From a virus (Duplodnaviria > Heunggongvirae > Uroviricota > Caudoviricetes): DNA of 33,788 nt. The DNA is taken from the IMG/VR virus record IMGVR_UViG_3300028374_000006; one strand, 5' to 3'. The first letter of the stretch is position 1. The number at the start of each line of letters is the position of its first letter. Below are positions 1 through 8,967 of the stretch, one piece after another. A program made the position numbers and the translations under genes. The notes under the pieces are model-generated. The model saw only the letters and a program-made list of their open reading frames with translations, was not told where the DNA came from and searched no databases.

Positions 1-2
1 TG

Positions 3-641
3 GACGACGAGGGGCTTGACTCCGAAGTACCTCCACCCGCTGAGACAGACTTCTCGGACCTATCTGTGGACGTGACTAAGCCTGAAATCACGCAAGATAT
101 GTTGCCGGAAGTTGAGGTCAGCACCCCACTAATGGATAAGTCTTTGATCCACGAGGTGATTGCGGGGTACCTGTTAAAGTACCGTCCCGTGCGCGTTTCG
201 TTTTCGAGGCTTAAACAGGCCAAGAAGATTACTGAAATCATCCAAGGGTTGGATGGTGACATTGAACGGCGCGCTAACGACGTTAGCCTTCTTCAAAGCG
301 ATCACAACCAGATAACGAACACCCTTACGTACAAGGCGACCAGCGGGAACAAGACCTACACGGTTAAGATTCGGGCGGTCCCTCCAGAGGACGAGGATCA
401 GCGACACTATTGGGAAGCGGACGTGAAGCTGTCTTGTTCATGTCCACATTGGCGATACGGGGGTAGTGAATACCACGCATACAAGGGTGACTACCTTTAT
501 TCGCCGAAGAACCCACGGGGCACCTTGGACACCCCGCAGATCCGAGATCCTGAAAACAACAACTTTGTATGTAAGCACATGTACAAGGCGCTGTTAGAGT
601 CGAAGCGGATTTATTTCGATCGCAAGCCACAGGTGATATAG
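3..641 (+). CDS. SWIM zinc-finger protein, 5' end outside the window
   Basis: The frame is open from base 3 (DDEGLDSEVPP...), so the GTG at 66 is probably internal. C-x-C (LSCSCPHW) plus a distal C-K-H (FVCKHMYKAL) matches the SWIM CxC...CxH pattern. Confidence 0.75.
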   Translation, partial: DDEGLDSEVPPPAETDFSDLSVDVTKPEITQDMLPEVEVSTPLMDKSLIHEVIAGYLLKYRPVRVSFSRLKQAKKITEIIQGLDGDIERRANDVSLLQSDHNQITNTLTYKATSGNKTYTVKIRAVPPEDEDQRHYWEADVKLSCSCPHWRYGGSEYHAYKGDYLYSPKNPRGTLDTPQIRDPENNNFVCKHMYKALLESKRIYFDRKPQVI

Positions 642-1069
642 TGGACAAGAAAGGAGGCATAAGCCCCTTTGCCAACAAGGTTTACGAGTTGGCAAGGAAC
701 ATCCGCTTGACGGCGGAGCATCTGGATTCGGTCCAGCACGTGGTGGCCTCCTTGCTCAGTCGTACAGAGGACTTGCCTTTCCTTTTGCAAGAGTTGGATT
801 GTACCGAAGAGGAACTTTTCGATGCTGCCATGCGCTTTTATAAATTCAAGGCGGAGGCGGAGGCGATTGCACAACAAGCGATCGAATGTAAGAATAGGGC
901 AGAAGCGCTTGCTAAAGAGATTTTAGGTGATCGCTATTTCGGGCCGTTTCTGGGCCGGGATGTGGTGAACCCACACAAAGGGGTCTTTTCCCCGGAGATG
1001 CTCTTGACCGCAGGCAAAGTTACCGCACGATATATTCAGAAGTTACGGCAAAAGAAGGGAGTCAAATGA
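641..1069 (+). CDS. Hypothetical helical protein
   Basis: 142-aa ORF coupled to both neighbours (TAG/GTG and ATGA overlaps). No family motif. The C-terminus has TAGKVTARYI, which resembles the class B leader. Confidence 0.7.
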   Translation: MDKKGGISPFANKVYELARNIRLTAEHLDSVQHVVASLLSRTEDLPFLLQELDCTEEELFDAAMRFYKFKAEAEAIAQQAIECKNRAEALAKEILGDRYFGPFLGRDVVNPHKGVFSPEMLLTAGKVTARYIQKLRQKKGVK

Positions 1070-1467
1070 GAAAGTACGATTTCAAGTGCAACGAATGTGA
1101 TCACGTCCAGACAGTGAAACTTTCGGTCGACGATTTTGACGACACGAAAGAGGCGGGCATTGATTGCACCGAATGTGACGGAACAGCCGATTTCGTATTC
1201 GATGCGGAAGGCATGATGTTCAGTTTCAAAGGCGATGCGTGGGCCGATAAGAACTACGCGGAGAAGAAGTACCGCAAGCGACGGTCGAAGTATATGGCCC
1301 GGCGTCAAGAGAAAAACCATATCCGCCCAACCCTCAAGCCCAACTACAAAGGCGAAGAAGCCCAGAGTTGGGAAGAGGCTCAAGATGCGGCAAGGGCCGA
1401 TGGCAAGAGCACCTTGTCTTATGAGCCGTTGATCCATCGTGAACGGGCAAAACAGCGAGGTAACTGA
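1066..1467 (+). CDS. FmdB-like zinc-ribbon protein
   Basis: YDFKCNEC...IDCTECDG (two CxxC) at the N-terminus, then a basic tail. ATGA overlap with the upstream gene. Confidence 0.75.
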   Translation: MRKYDFKCNECDHVQTVKLSVDDFDDTKEAGIDCTECDGTADFVFDAEGMMFSFKGDAWADKNYAEKKYRKRRSKYMARRQEKNHIRPTLKPNYKGEEAQSWEEAQDAARADGKSTLSYEPLIHRERAKQRGN

Positions 1468-1469
1468 TC

Positions 1470-2423
1470 ATGTATATCCATCGGCGAGAAGACCACCTCG
1501 TAGACGCTCTGATCGAAGACCATTTTTGGTTGAAGCTCACAGTCAACGACGGCACAACTGGCACGGGCACCTACACCGTTTCTATCTTTGATGGCCTTTT
1601 CGGCTCCGAGGATACGACTGCAGGTGCGGACGATTCGGCAACGATTGTCGCTGATTTCAAAGCGCAGATCAATGCTTCGTCACAAGCAGTAACAGCTTTC
1701 GACGGTCCCACAGCAAGCGAGCTATACATCCGGTTCGATAAGTTTGGCCAGACGCCGGTGGATACTTACAATCAGATTTACAATTACGCAGCGTCGACTA
1801 CAGACGACGGTGGCACCATTACATTGGTTCCCGTTAGACCTGAATCCTATGCGGTCAAGAACGCCGCCAATTGGGACGGGGCATTTGCTGCAATGGAAAC
1901 AGTTTCTTTTGTGAGCGGGGCGCGGTCGGACAAATACCAGTCGTCAAACGCTATGATGGCGAATCAGGTTTACGCCAACCAGCTACAGAACCGAACCCGG
2001 TTCCTTTTTGATCCGGCAGACTATTCGTTGGACGATAAAGACGTTTTGTTTTTCCAGACGTCGCCGGTGTTTGGCGGTGTGGAAGTACATACGAAACCGA
2101 TCGAAATAGTCATGTCCACGCAACAGTATAGGGATCAAAGGACTCCGTTGCTTCTTACGGGGACGGCCCCCGCAGGTGCTTCGCAAGATGATGCTTTGAC
2201 CTTTGAGTTGCCGCGCAAAGCTATTGACTTTTCAATCCGAAATGTGTCGGCTGGTGATAACGTGTTTGTTTCCTTTGGCACTGGATCTTCGGAGATCTCG
2301 GTCGGATCGAACGAAAAGTTTAGTGATAACCGACCGGGTTTCGAGCGCTTTAGCGTTCGGAGCGATGGGATTGATGTTGATGTTGAAATTTACTTGGTAC
2401 TTTCTCACAGCCCCAGCTTGTAA
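1470..2423 (+). CDS. Hypothetical protein, possibly virion structural (beta-rich)
   Basis: 317-aa ORF rich in T/G/S/D/V, located in the morphogenesis region. No recognisable catalytic motif. Confidence 0.6.
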   Translation: MYIHRREDHLVDALIEDHFWLKLTVNDGTTGTGTYTVSIFDGLFGSEDTTAGADDSATIVADFKAQINASSQAVTAFDGPTASELYIRFDKFGQTPVDTYNQIYNYAASTTDDGGTITLVPVRPESYAVKNAANWDGAFAAMETVSFVSGARSDKYQSSNAMMANQVYANQLQNRTRFLFDPADYSLDDKDVLFFQTSPVFGGVEVHTKPIEIVMSTQQYRDQRTPLLLTGTAPAGASQDDALTFELPRKAIDFSIRNVSAGDNVFVSFGTGSSEISVGSNEKFSDNRPGFERFSVRSDGIDVDVEIYLVLSHSPSL

Positions 2424-2435
2424 ACGGGGCGTCGA

Positions 2436-2449
2436 TAAAGTTTTGATAT
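2436..2449 (+). promoter_or_regulatory. Candidate phage late-promoter motif (TAAAGTTTTGATAT)
   Basis: Intergenic. Similar to motifs at 7217, 12669, 17689 and 18174. Confidence 0.35.
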
Positions 2450-2488
2450 AGTAGGTCAAAGGATCTACTTAACGCTTCGGAGGCTTCC

Positions 2489-3094
2489 ATGCTCATTCGA
2501 CTTGTACATACCCAGAGCACCGATGGTGCGCTTCTGGTGACAGATATTGATTCCGGGCTTCCCAATGAGGAGTTCGGCTTTTACCGCAAGCAGCCTGTTT
2601 ACGTGCCGTATCACCGCACGTATTTCGGCAGCGACAATCTAGTCAAGGTTGACCAGACCAAGGCTGGCTTTGTTGATCTCGTCCCTAGCGATAAGGCTCG
2701 TCTATCTGCGGATAGCGGCGTTATCAAAGGTCTGTCGGATAACGGTTTTCTTACGGTCACTGAGATTCCGACCGGTGCTCTTGCAGCTCCGACGATTTCT
2801 GCAGTCACGATGGACGATGCGACGGGTGGGGATGATAGTATTGGTACTGTGGATGATGGATCGCTCACCATCGACGGTACTAATTTCACGTCTTACGCTC
2901 CCGATGTAACTTCCATTTCAGTGACGGATGGGGCTACTTCGGTTGAGCTTACCGATGCTGATACTGGAGTATCTGTTTCGGATACGCAGATCACCATCAC
3001 GGGTAACGCTCATGGCTTTGCTGCGACGGTTACGGAAGTAACGGTTACGGCTAACAGTCAGGATGTGACCAGCACTGTAACGGCAACTGTCTAA
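2489..3094 (+). CDS. Putative virion structural/decoration protein with C-terminal Ig/IPT-like beta domain
   Basis: GGAGG SD upstream. C-terminal APTISAVT...LTIDGTNF...VTVTANSQ pattern is Ig/IPT-like. Shares the LSxDxGVxKGLxDxG motif with the 3478 protein. Confidence 0.6.
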   Translation: MLIRLVHTQSTDGALLVTDIDSGLPNEEFGFYRKQPVYVPYHRTYFGSDNLVKVDQTKAGFVDLVPSDKARLSADSGVIKGLSDNGFLTVTEIPTGALAAPTISAVTMDDATGGDDSIGTVDDGSLTIDGTNFTSYAPDVTSISVTDGATSVELTDADTGVSVSDTQITITGNAHGFAATVTEVTVTANSQDVTSTVTATV

Positions 3095-3101
3095 TCATTA
3101 A

Positions 3102-3476
3102 ATGGATGAGACACAGGCTAAACAGATCCGGGAAGCACTTTCCCGGCATAGGGCGGACTTTCGAGGCGTCCTATGGCAGCCGCGTCGTCTAGCACAGACG
3201 AACACGGTAGCCTTGATCATGGAAGTCGTAAAAGGTCTTGTTTCAGAAGTTAAAGGTTTACCCCTCGATGACCTTCCCACGTCGAGTAAATTGCGGCGCT
3301 ATCAGCACGATGTGACGATTGCGTATGAGAAGGTCAAGAGGGATCGTTTGTATAATCAGGCCGAGTTCTTTGCGCAGGTTGGAGTAGTGTTCAATCTGGC
3401 GAGCAAGGTTTTTGAGGAGTTGGCACGGCTAGAACGCATGGGTTATTTCGACCCCAACATTGCACAGGAGAATTGA
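3102..3476 (+). CDS. Hypothetical helical protein
   Basis: 124-aa ORF packed tightly between neighbours. Confidence 0.7.
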   Translation: MDETQAKQIREALSRHRADFRGVLWQPRRLAQTNTVALIMEVVKGLVSEVKGLPLDDLPTSSKLRRYQHDVTIAYEKVKRDRLYNQAEFFAQVGVVFNLASKVFEELARLERMGYFDPNIAQEN

Positions 3477-3477
3477 C

Positions 3478-3897
3478 ATGGCAAGAATTAGCGTAGTGGG
3501 TACGCCCTTCGATAAGGTCCTCTTGCAGGATCTCGACAAGAAGCAATCCCTTCGAGAGCACACAATTAACCCTCCCGGACAGGAGCGTTACATTCATCCC
3601 GTGGACGTAGAGGCACTGGACGCATTGCTTGATAGCCTTGGGGTTACCGAAGATGCGGCTGCAGTGATCGCAGGTACGGTTGATGCGGGTGACATTTCGT
3701 TGGCCAACATCGACACTGTAACTACTGAAGGTCTTACGGCTGATGAGCAGCAGGATGTACAGGATCTGTTGTCTTATTCGTTCGTAGAGACGGGACATTT
3801 CCTTCTGTCTTTCGACGGTGGTGTCCTGAAGGGCCTCGTCGACAAGGGATGGATCAAAGTATTCACCGATGCAGGTGACGCACTTTTCACCCTGTAA
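3478..3897 (+). CDS. Putative virion protein, partial paralog of the 2489 protein
   Basis: ATG 3478 has an AGGAG SD and is preferred over 3460. Motif LLSFDGGVLKGLVDKGWIKV. Confidence 0.65.
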   Translation: MARISVVGTPFDKVLLQDLDKKQSLREHTINPPGQERYIHPVDVEALDALLDSLGVTEDAAAVIAGTVDAGDISLANIDTVTTEGLTADEQQDVQDLLSYSFVETGHFLLSFDGGVLKGLVDKGWIKVFTDAGDALFTL

Positions 3898-4040
3898 GAT
3901 GGGTGTAGTCTATGCGTAATTACGATCCAACCCAACCCTTGCGGACTCGTTCCGATTATGGGGAGTGTCACGGGCCAGTGGAAGATCAACCTTCTTACTG
4001 CCCGGCACTCCCTCGGGGTGCTGAATCTGAGGACGATACC

Positions 4041-4364
4041 ATGAGCGATAAGAATTCCTTTCGGGATGACTTAATCAAACTAGGGACGGACCGCCCGGAC
4101 CTTCGGGATCATATCCGACCGGTCTTGGCACAGCTTCAAAAGGAAGCAGCCATTTCCCGTAAAATGGATCGCCTCCTATCCAAGATGGATCGGGCATCAC
4201 AGGAACTGGACGGTACGTTTGATGATGCTGTTCAGGGGCTTATCCGTGAGGACGACGGACCCAGCAAAGACTTAGCAGCGGAAACCCTCCGTGATCAGTT
4301 GGAACTGGTCCTGAAGGATACCAAAGAGTCTTTGCGGTACCTGAAAAACAATTACGGGGTCTAA
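4041..4364 (+). CDS. Small protein with class A leader
   Basis: ATG 4041 has a GAGGA SD and is preferred over 3912. N-terminus FRDDLIKLGTDRPDLRDHIRPVLAQLQ-KEA. Confidence 0.75.
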   Translation: MSDKNSFRDDLIKLGTDRPDLRDHIRPVLAQLQKEAAISRKMDRLLSKMDRASQELDGTFDDAVQGLIREDDGPSKDLAAETLRDQLELVLKDTKESLRYLKNNYGV

Positions 4365-4367
4365 TTC

Positions 4368-4646
4368 ATGTCTGATCTAAAAGACGCACTTATTGGATTG
4401 AACGTGTACCGTGAAGAATCACGTCCCCACCTCCGTCCTATCCTAGCTGAATTGGATAGGGAAGCGGTAACTCCGGGCCGGGTCAAGAAGTTGATCAAGA
4501 CCCTTCAGGACGTGGATGCTGAAATCAGAGGCGTGGTCGGTGAGATTAACACCGAAGGCGACCTCCAAAACGCCCGGCGTCTGAAAGACGAGCTTAAAGA
4601 TCACATCCGAAACCTCAAGCGACACGTTAGTGACTTGGGGGGCTAA
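4368..4646 (+). CDS. Small coiled-coil protein with divergent class A leader
   Basis: N-terminus MSDLKDALIGLNVYREESRPHLRPILAELD-REA. Confidence 0.7.
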   Translation: MSDLKDALIGLNVYREESRPHLRPILAELDREAVTPGRVKKLIKTLQDVDAEIRGVVGEINTEGDLQNARRLKDELKDHIRNLKRHVSDLGG

Positions 4647-4672
4647 TCGGAACCCTAAGTTGATGAAGTTAT

Positions 4673-4909
4673 ATGAGTGTTAAAAAGGATTTTCGAACAT
4701 GCGATCTGTATTTCGCCGCTTTCCTAAAGGCGGCGGGCATCGTGTTCACGGGTTCATCGAAAGTGGGTCGCAAGACCTATTTCATTTTTGAAAATGACGA
4801 TGAGATGCGGGGGATGCGTGACGGGTATTTTGCGGGAACGGCACAAGTGTCCGCCCTTCGACATGCCAATGAGATCCGCAACCTCAAGCGATTATGCCAC
4901 ATGCCTTGA
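4673..4909 (+). CDS. DUF5659-like small phage protein
   Basis: FRTCDLYFAAFLKAAG...GRKTYFIFE resembles this family as I recall it. Not verified by HMM. Confidence 0.5.
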   Translation: MSVKKDFRTCDLYFAAFLKAAGIVFTGSSKVGRKTYFIFENDDEMRGMRDGYFAGTAQVSALRHANEIRNLKRLCHMP

Positions 4910-4924
4910 TCGGAGATACAAGTT

Positions 4925-5815
4925 ATGCCCTTGGAATTGACACGCGGTTCGATTACGGAACCCGATGATCTTGATATTCAGGTAGTTGATTCCGGCAACT
5001 CCCCGATCGACCCTCATACAATCAGTTACGCCCTTTACGATGTGACGACAGGCGTCGAAGTCCTTATAGGGCCGTCTGATCGCCTCCCTGTGCGTATCGA
5101 GTTGGGCCATTATTACGCCCACTTCCAGATCCCAGAGAATGCCGCCTACGGTCTTTACAGGATCCGCTGGACCCTACAAGAGACGACCACCTCACCACAG
5201 TACACGGTGATGCAAGAGTTCGAGGTCGTACAGGAGTCCAAAATCCAAGCCCAGCTATGGACGCCCGTACAGGCGGACCTGATTAGACGGTTGCGTACTT
5301 TGCTCCGGGATAATAATCCCGATAAGCATTATCATTTCAGGCCGCCCACTTCCTCGGGTACGGTCAACGAATACAACAGGGTCTTCGCTTATATTTGGGA
5401 AGACAACGAATTGATCGAATACATGGAACAGGCCATGTTCGCGATCAACGCTTCGCCTCCCGAAACACATTTCCGGGACTTGACTCAGTTGGTCAACACT
5501 AAACGTGATTGGATCCCGTGGGTTATGACCGGTGCGACTGTTCATGCTTGCATCGCTCTAGCCCTCAACTGGATCGCCGACGAATTCGATTACAGTATCG
5601 GCGGCATTTCCTTGTCCATCGAGAAGTCTTCTAAATACGAGTCTATCAAGCAAAACGCCGAAGGCCGTTTCGATAAGATGATGGAAAACAAGAGCCGCAC
5701 GGTGAAAATCATGCGTGGTTTGCGTCAGAGTCGTTACGGACTTGGTGTACGCTCCAGCTTCGGCCCTGTTACGGGTAAAGGCGTTATGACTCCCCGCAAA
5801 TTCATGGGCCTCTAA
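4925..5815 (+). CDS. Putative neck/head-tail adaptor protein
   Basis: N-terminal beta domain followed by a helical region (LIRRLRTLLRD...GGISLSIEKSSKYES). Context and architecture fit an adaptor; this is inference. Confidence 0.5.
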   Translation: MPLELTRGSITEPDDLDIQVVDSGNSPIDPHTISYALYDVTTGVEVLIGPSDRLPVRIELGHYYAHFQIPENAAYGLYRIRWTLQETTTSPQYTVMQEFEVVQESKIQAQLWTPVQADLIRRLRTLLRDNNPDKHYHFRPPTSSGTVNEYNRVFAYIWEDNELIEYMEQAMFAINASPPETHFRDLTQLVNTKRDWIPWVMTGATVHACIALALNWIADEFDYSIGGISLSIEKSSKYESIKQNAEGRFDKMMENKSRTVKIMRGLRQSRYGLGVRSSFGPVTGKGVMTPRKFMGL

Positions 5816-6282
5816 TGTCAGAACGAATTGCCAACCACGTCGCACGGGTTTTCTTGGCGGAAAAGTTAAAGGACACCGGCGAAGAATCCTTTTACGGTGG
5901 CCCCATTTACCGGATGAATGTACGGGACGATGAGTTCGTGCATTTCACCTATGCAGACCGGGCGCAAGAGATACTTGATTCGGGTAAGCTCTTGGCTGAT
6001 CCTCCGTACAAAAAGTTTGGACTTGCGGGCGTACAGGCGGTATCTACCGTGTGGGGTCACTATAGCTCCGGCGTACAGGTCACGCACCTCAAAGGTGGGG
6101 ACAAGGTTGCAATCGTGTTTCAAACCCCGGATGTGCCTGATATCGGATACCCGGAAGAGGTAATCTGGAAATCCGATGTACGCCTTGTCAGGCCCAAAGT
6201 CCTGCACATATTCAAAGGGGTGAAGATGTTACTTCGGACCCCAGAAAAGGTGCCGGAAGGTTCGGTCGTTCAGTACAAGTAA
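5815..6282 (+). CDS. Protein with class B leader and possible ADP-ribosyltransferase-like fold
   Basis: Leader ERIANHVARVFL. FVHFTYADRAQEILDSGKL matches the H-x-T...I-L-x-x-G-x-L start of ART-like domains. Confidence 0.45.
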   Translation: MSERIANHVARVFLAEKLKDTGEESFYGGPIYRMNVRDDEFVHFTYADRAQEILDSGKLLADPPYKKFGLAGVQAVSTVWGHYSSGVQVTHLKGGDKVAIVFQTPDVPDIGYPEEVIWKSDVRLVRPKVLHIFKGVKMLLRTPEKVPEGSVVQYK

Positions 6283-6292
6283 GGAGACCCTG

Positions 6293-6736
6293 ATGTCGCA
6301 TAATTCAAAACTAGCTCGACGGGTGGCCCGCCTCTATATGGCGGCTTCATGGCCTCCAGAACGCAAAAAGACGTATTACGATTTCAAGAGGGGCATGTCG
6401 ATTAAGGACGTCCTTGATCGGTGGTCTGAGGACGGACAGAAACTTTACGACCCGGACAAAATAACGTTCCGGGCCGGGGGTAAGTCAAACAGCATGTACG
6501 CCCACGGCACTATCCCTATTCGGGAACTCCTAAAGTACCGTGAGTACAAACGCCCCGTGGTTGATGAGCTTGTTGATTCCATCCAGAGCGAAGGCTTCAA
6601 CACGGCCATTCAGGTGATTGTGGGTAAGGACGGCAAGGCTAAGATCGGGGAGGGAAACCACCGCGTCGTTGCCGCTGAAAAGGCAGGGCTTAAAGAGTTG
6701 CCCGTCTATTTCCACTTTTACCAGAGTGGTGCTTGA
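6293..6736 (+). CDS. ParB/sulfiredoxin-like domain protein with class B leader
   Basis: LVDSIQSEGFNTAIQV...IGEGNHRVVAAEKAGLKELPV is the ParB N-terminal signature. AGGAG SD. Leader KLARRVARLYM. Confidence 0.8.
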   Translation: MSHNSKLARRVARLYMAASWPPERKKTYYDFKRGMSIKDVLDRWSEDGQKLYDPDKITFRAGGKSNSMYAHGTIPIRELLKYREYKRPVVDELVDSIQSEGFNTAIQVIVGKDGKAKIGEGNHRVVAAEKAGLKELPVYFHFYQSGA

Positions 6737-6828
6737 CACGCGGTCCGACTTTCCATTGAAAATCCACTTATGTTCTGTGTTTGGTGGAGTTGAGTGTTTC
6801 ATTTCCAACACTTCGCCGAGAGGGGCTT

Positions 6829-7206
6829 ATGTGGGCCAAGACTAATGCGTTGTATCAGTATCGTTCACCCTCCTATCCAGAGTTTGCTTTCTTTTACCTG
6901 CCGCTTCCCAAATATGAACAGAAGAGGTTTCGTCAGCGGTACAATCAGTTTATGAACACCTTCGAGTTCATGGATGATCTCGTTCGAAGCCGCCTGATTC
7001 TCATGGAAGAGAAATCCGACCACCGGGTCTTTCGATATGAATGGCCCGATGAGGAGGATATGCAAGATCACCTTATTGGCCGGTTGCCGAAAGGTCTTGT
7101 GATCGAGCTAGGTGCTGTTATCCTCGGTTGGATGCGTGCGGATAATGAAGAAGCCAATGTCTTTATGGAGCGTGTCGTGGGCGACTTGAAGGAGGCCCTC
7201 CTCTAA
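6829..7206 (+). CDS. Hypothetical protein
   Basis: ATG 6829 has a GAGAGGGG SD and is preferred over TTG 6781. 125 aa, no motif recognised. Confidence 0.65.
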   Translation: MWAKTNALYQYRSPSYPEFAFFYLPLPKYEQKRFRQRYNQFMNTFEFMDDLVRSRLILMEEKSDHRVFRYEWPDEEDMQDHLIGRLPKGLVIELGAVILGWMRADNEEANVFMERVVGDLKEALL

Positions 7207-7216
7207 GTTCCATCGG

Positions 7217-7230
7217 TTATTCGCTTATAT
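7217..7230 (+). promoter_or_regulatory. Candidate phage late-promoter motif (TTATTCGCTTATAT)
   Basis: Intergenic. Belongs to the recurrent T(T/G)ATAT set. Confidence 0.35.
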
Positions 7231-7270
7231 ACGAGGTACGGTAGACACAATGCCGTACCTCGTTTTATTT
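7231..7270 (+). terminator. Rho-independent terminator-like hairpin
   Basis: Perfect 11-bp inverted repeat ACGAGGTACGG (7231-7241) / CCGTACCTCGT (7253-7263), followed by TTTATTT. Confidence 0.6.
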
Positions 7271-7283
7271 CTTGGAGTTCCCG

Positions 7284-7592
7284 ATGGATCTCGAAAGTCG
7301 CTTGATAAAATTGGGGGCCTCCCGGAAAGACCTCCGTCCACATATCCGTCCTATCCTTGCTCTAATTAGATTGGCAAGCTCTACCCTTTATGCGGTTGTT
7401 GATCAAAAAGTGGGTGGTGGGATAATCGGTGCTTCTGACAATGTACATGCCAAAAAAGAACGTTTTTGGCGAGGCCGGTTGCCTGCGGACTGGAAAAAAG
7501 CCTACACCGCTACGACCAGAAAAATGGCCGTGACCCCGATTGGGGCAACGCCAATGATCTGGGAAGGGTGCTTGATTTGCTCGAACAAGTGA
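7284..7592 (+). CDS. Small protein with class A leader
   Basis: ATG 7284 has a GGAG SD. MDLESRLIKLGASRKDLRPHIRPILALI-RLA. Confidence 0.75.
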   Translation: MDLESRLIKLGASRKDLRPHIRPILALIRLASSTLYAVVDQKVGGGIIGASDNVHAKKERFWRGRLPADWKKAYTATTRKMAVTPIGATPMIWEGCLICSNK

Positions 7593-7611
7593 ACCGTTTC
7601 ATGTGATCTTT

Positions 7612-8937
7612 ATGGCTCGCGACCGCAAAACCACAACCAAAGAGCGGCAAAACCCGACGCACCCCTTGCCGCCTCTGAACGCAAATGCGCAGTGGTCGTT
7701 TGCCACGACGCGCAATGCGGTGGATTTGTATTGGGACGACCCGGCCCTAGTGCCGAATAATAGTAGTTTCGATATCCTCGGTGTGAACGTGTATCGCTCG
7801 TTCGATTCGGAGTTTGGTCCTTATCATCGCCTGAACACGAACCCGATCGGTGCGACGTATTACCAAGATATCACTTCGACGGCTTCGGTTAACCTTGAAG
7901 ATGTGTCCAGCCGTTTCGTGTCTCGCAATGATGAAGCCGGGCAATGGATTTTCAAGGTCCAGAACTACCCGATCGTCAAGATCAACGACCCGAAAACGAT
8001 TGCCAACAGTCTGGAAGATGTGACCATTTTCATCGACGGGCAAGAGGTAAAGGCCGCCCGTGTGTACGGTGAGACCGGCGAAGTCGTGTTGCAGACGTCT
8101 TACCGGTATGACCCTGCAACCAATGAACAGATGGACCCCATCTTACCACACGCGGATTCTGTGGTGTTGTGTTCCTACGAGTATAACACGAATTTGCTTG
8201 AGTCCGATCTATACAAGCGCACCTTTTACCGGATCACGACTGTTGGTTACGACCAGTGGGATGGGGAGCTTAAAGAGACCCCATTGGATTGGGCCGAAGC
8301 CAAGCATATCCACCAGATGGAAAACCTTGATTACATCTGGCGGGAAGCGATCAGACGTAACCGCTGGATCCTTGACCAAGGTGGTGAACGGGTCAAAGCC
8401 TTTATCCACAAGTACCGGGGCGTCCAGTGTACGTGTTTCAGGCAGTTTGATGATCCTCAGCCGTACAACCAGTGTACGACATGTTTCGGCACGGGAATCA
8501 AGGGCGGTTACGAAGGCCCTTATGATATCTTGCTTGCACCTGCGGACGCCGAACGGACGATTCGCCAGAGCGATAAAGGTCGCGCCTACGAGATGGTCTA
8601 CGATGCTTGGACGGGACCTCACCCGTTGCTTTCGCAACGTGATTTTATCGTCAAGCTGAACGGCGATCGGTATTCTCTGGGTCCGGTTCGTATGCCGAAC
8701 AACCGTGGGAACATTTTACAGCAGCATTTCAATGTGGCGCTTTTCGACAGTCAGGATATCCGAAGTAAGGTGCCCATTCTAGGAACTGATTCATTGGCTT
8801 TCCCGGAAACCCGTACTGCGGATTGGGATGATGATCCCGATGAATTACGCTACCCTCAGATCACAGATAAAGAGGGTGCCCCGGACGGGATTGAAGAACG
8901 TGGTCGTACCCCGGTATGGGAAAACATCAACTATTGA
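7612..8937 (+). CDS. Putative neck/head-closure protein with Cys-rich zinc-binding insert
   Basis: C-terminal half has CTC...CTTCFGTG followed by a beta-rich region, as in neck proteins of large myoviruses. The N-half carries a domain shared with the sheath. The start could be GTG 7603. Confidence 0.55.
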   Translation: MARDRKTTTKERQNPTHPLPPLNANAQWSFATTRNAVDLYWDDPALVPNNSSFDILGVNVYRSFDSEFGPYHRLNTNPIGATYYQDITSTASVNLEDVSSRFVSRNDEAGQWIFKVQNYPIVKINDPKTIANSLEDVTIFIDGQEVKAARVYGETGEVVLQTSYRYDPATNEQMDPILPHADSVVLCSYEYNTNLLESDLYKRTFYRITTVGYDQWDGELKETPLDWAEAKHIHQMENLDYIWREAIRRNRWILDQGGERVKAFIHKYRGVQCTCFRQFDDPQPYNQCTTCFGTGIKGGYEGPYDILLAPADAERTIRQSDKGRAYEMVYDAWTGPHPLLSQRDFIVKLNGDRYSLGPVRMPNNRGNILQQHFNVALFDSQDIRSKVPILGTDSLAFPETRTADWDDDPDELRYPQITDKEGAPDGIEERGRTPVWENINY

Positions 8938-8967
8938 TCGTAGCTTTATGCTGCAACGGAGTAACAG

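Noticed and set aside
3912-4040. 43-codon N-terminal extension of the 4041 gene
   Set aside because: ATG 4041 has a good SD and places the class A leader at the N-terminus, as in its paralogs.
4362-4370. In-frame juxtaposition of adjacent genes (also 13106-13117) suggesting read-through fusions
   Set aside because: A shared frame has a one-in-three chance, and each downstream gene has its own ATG. There is no other support.
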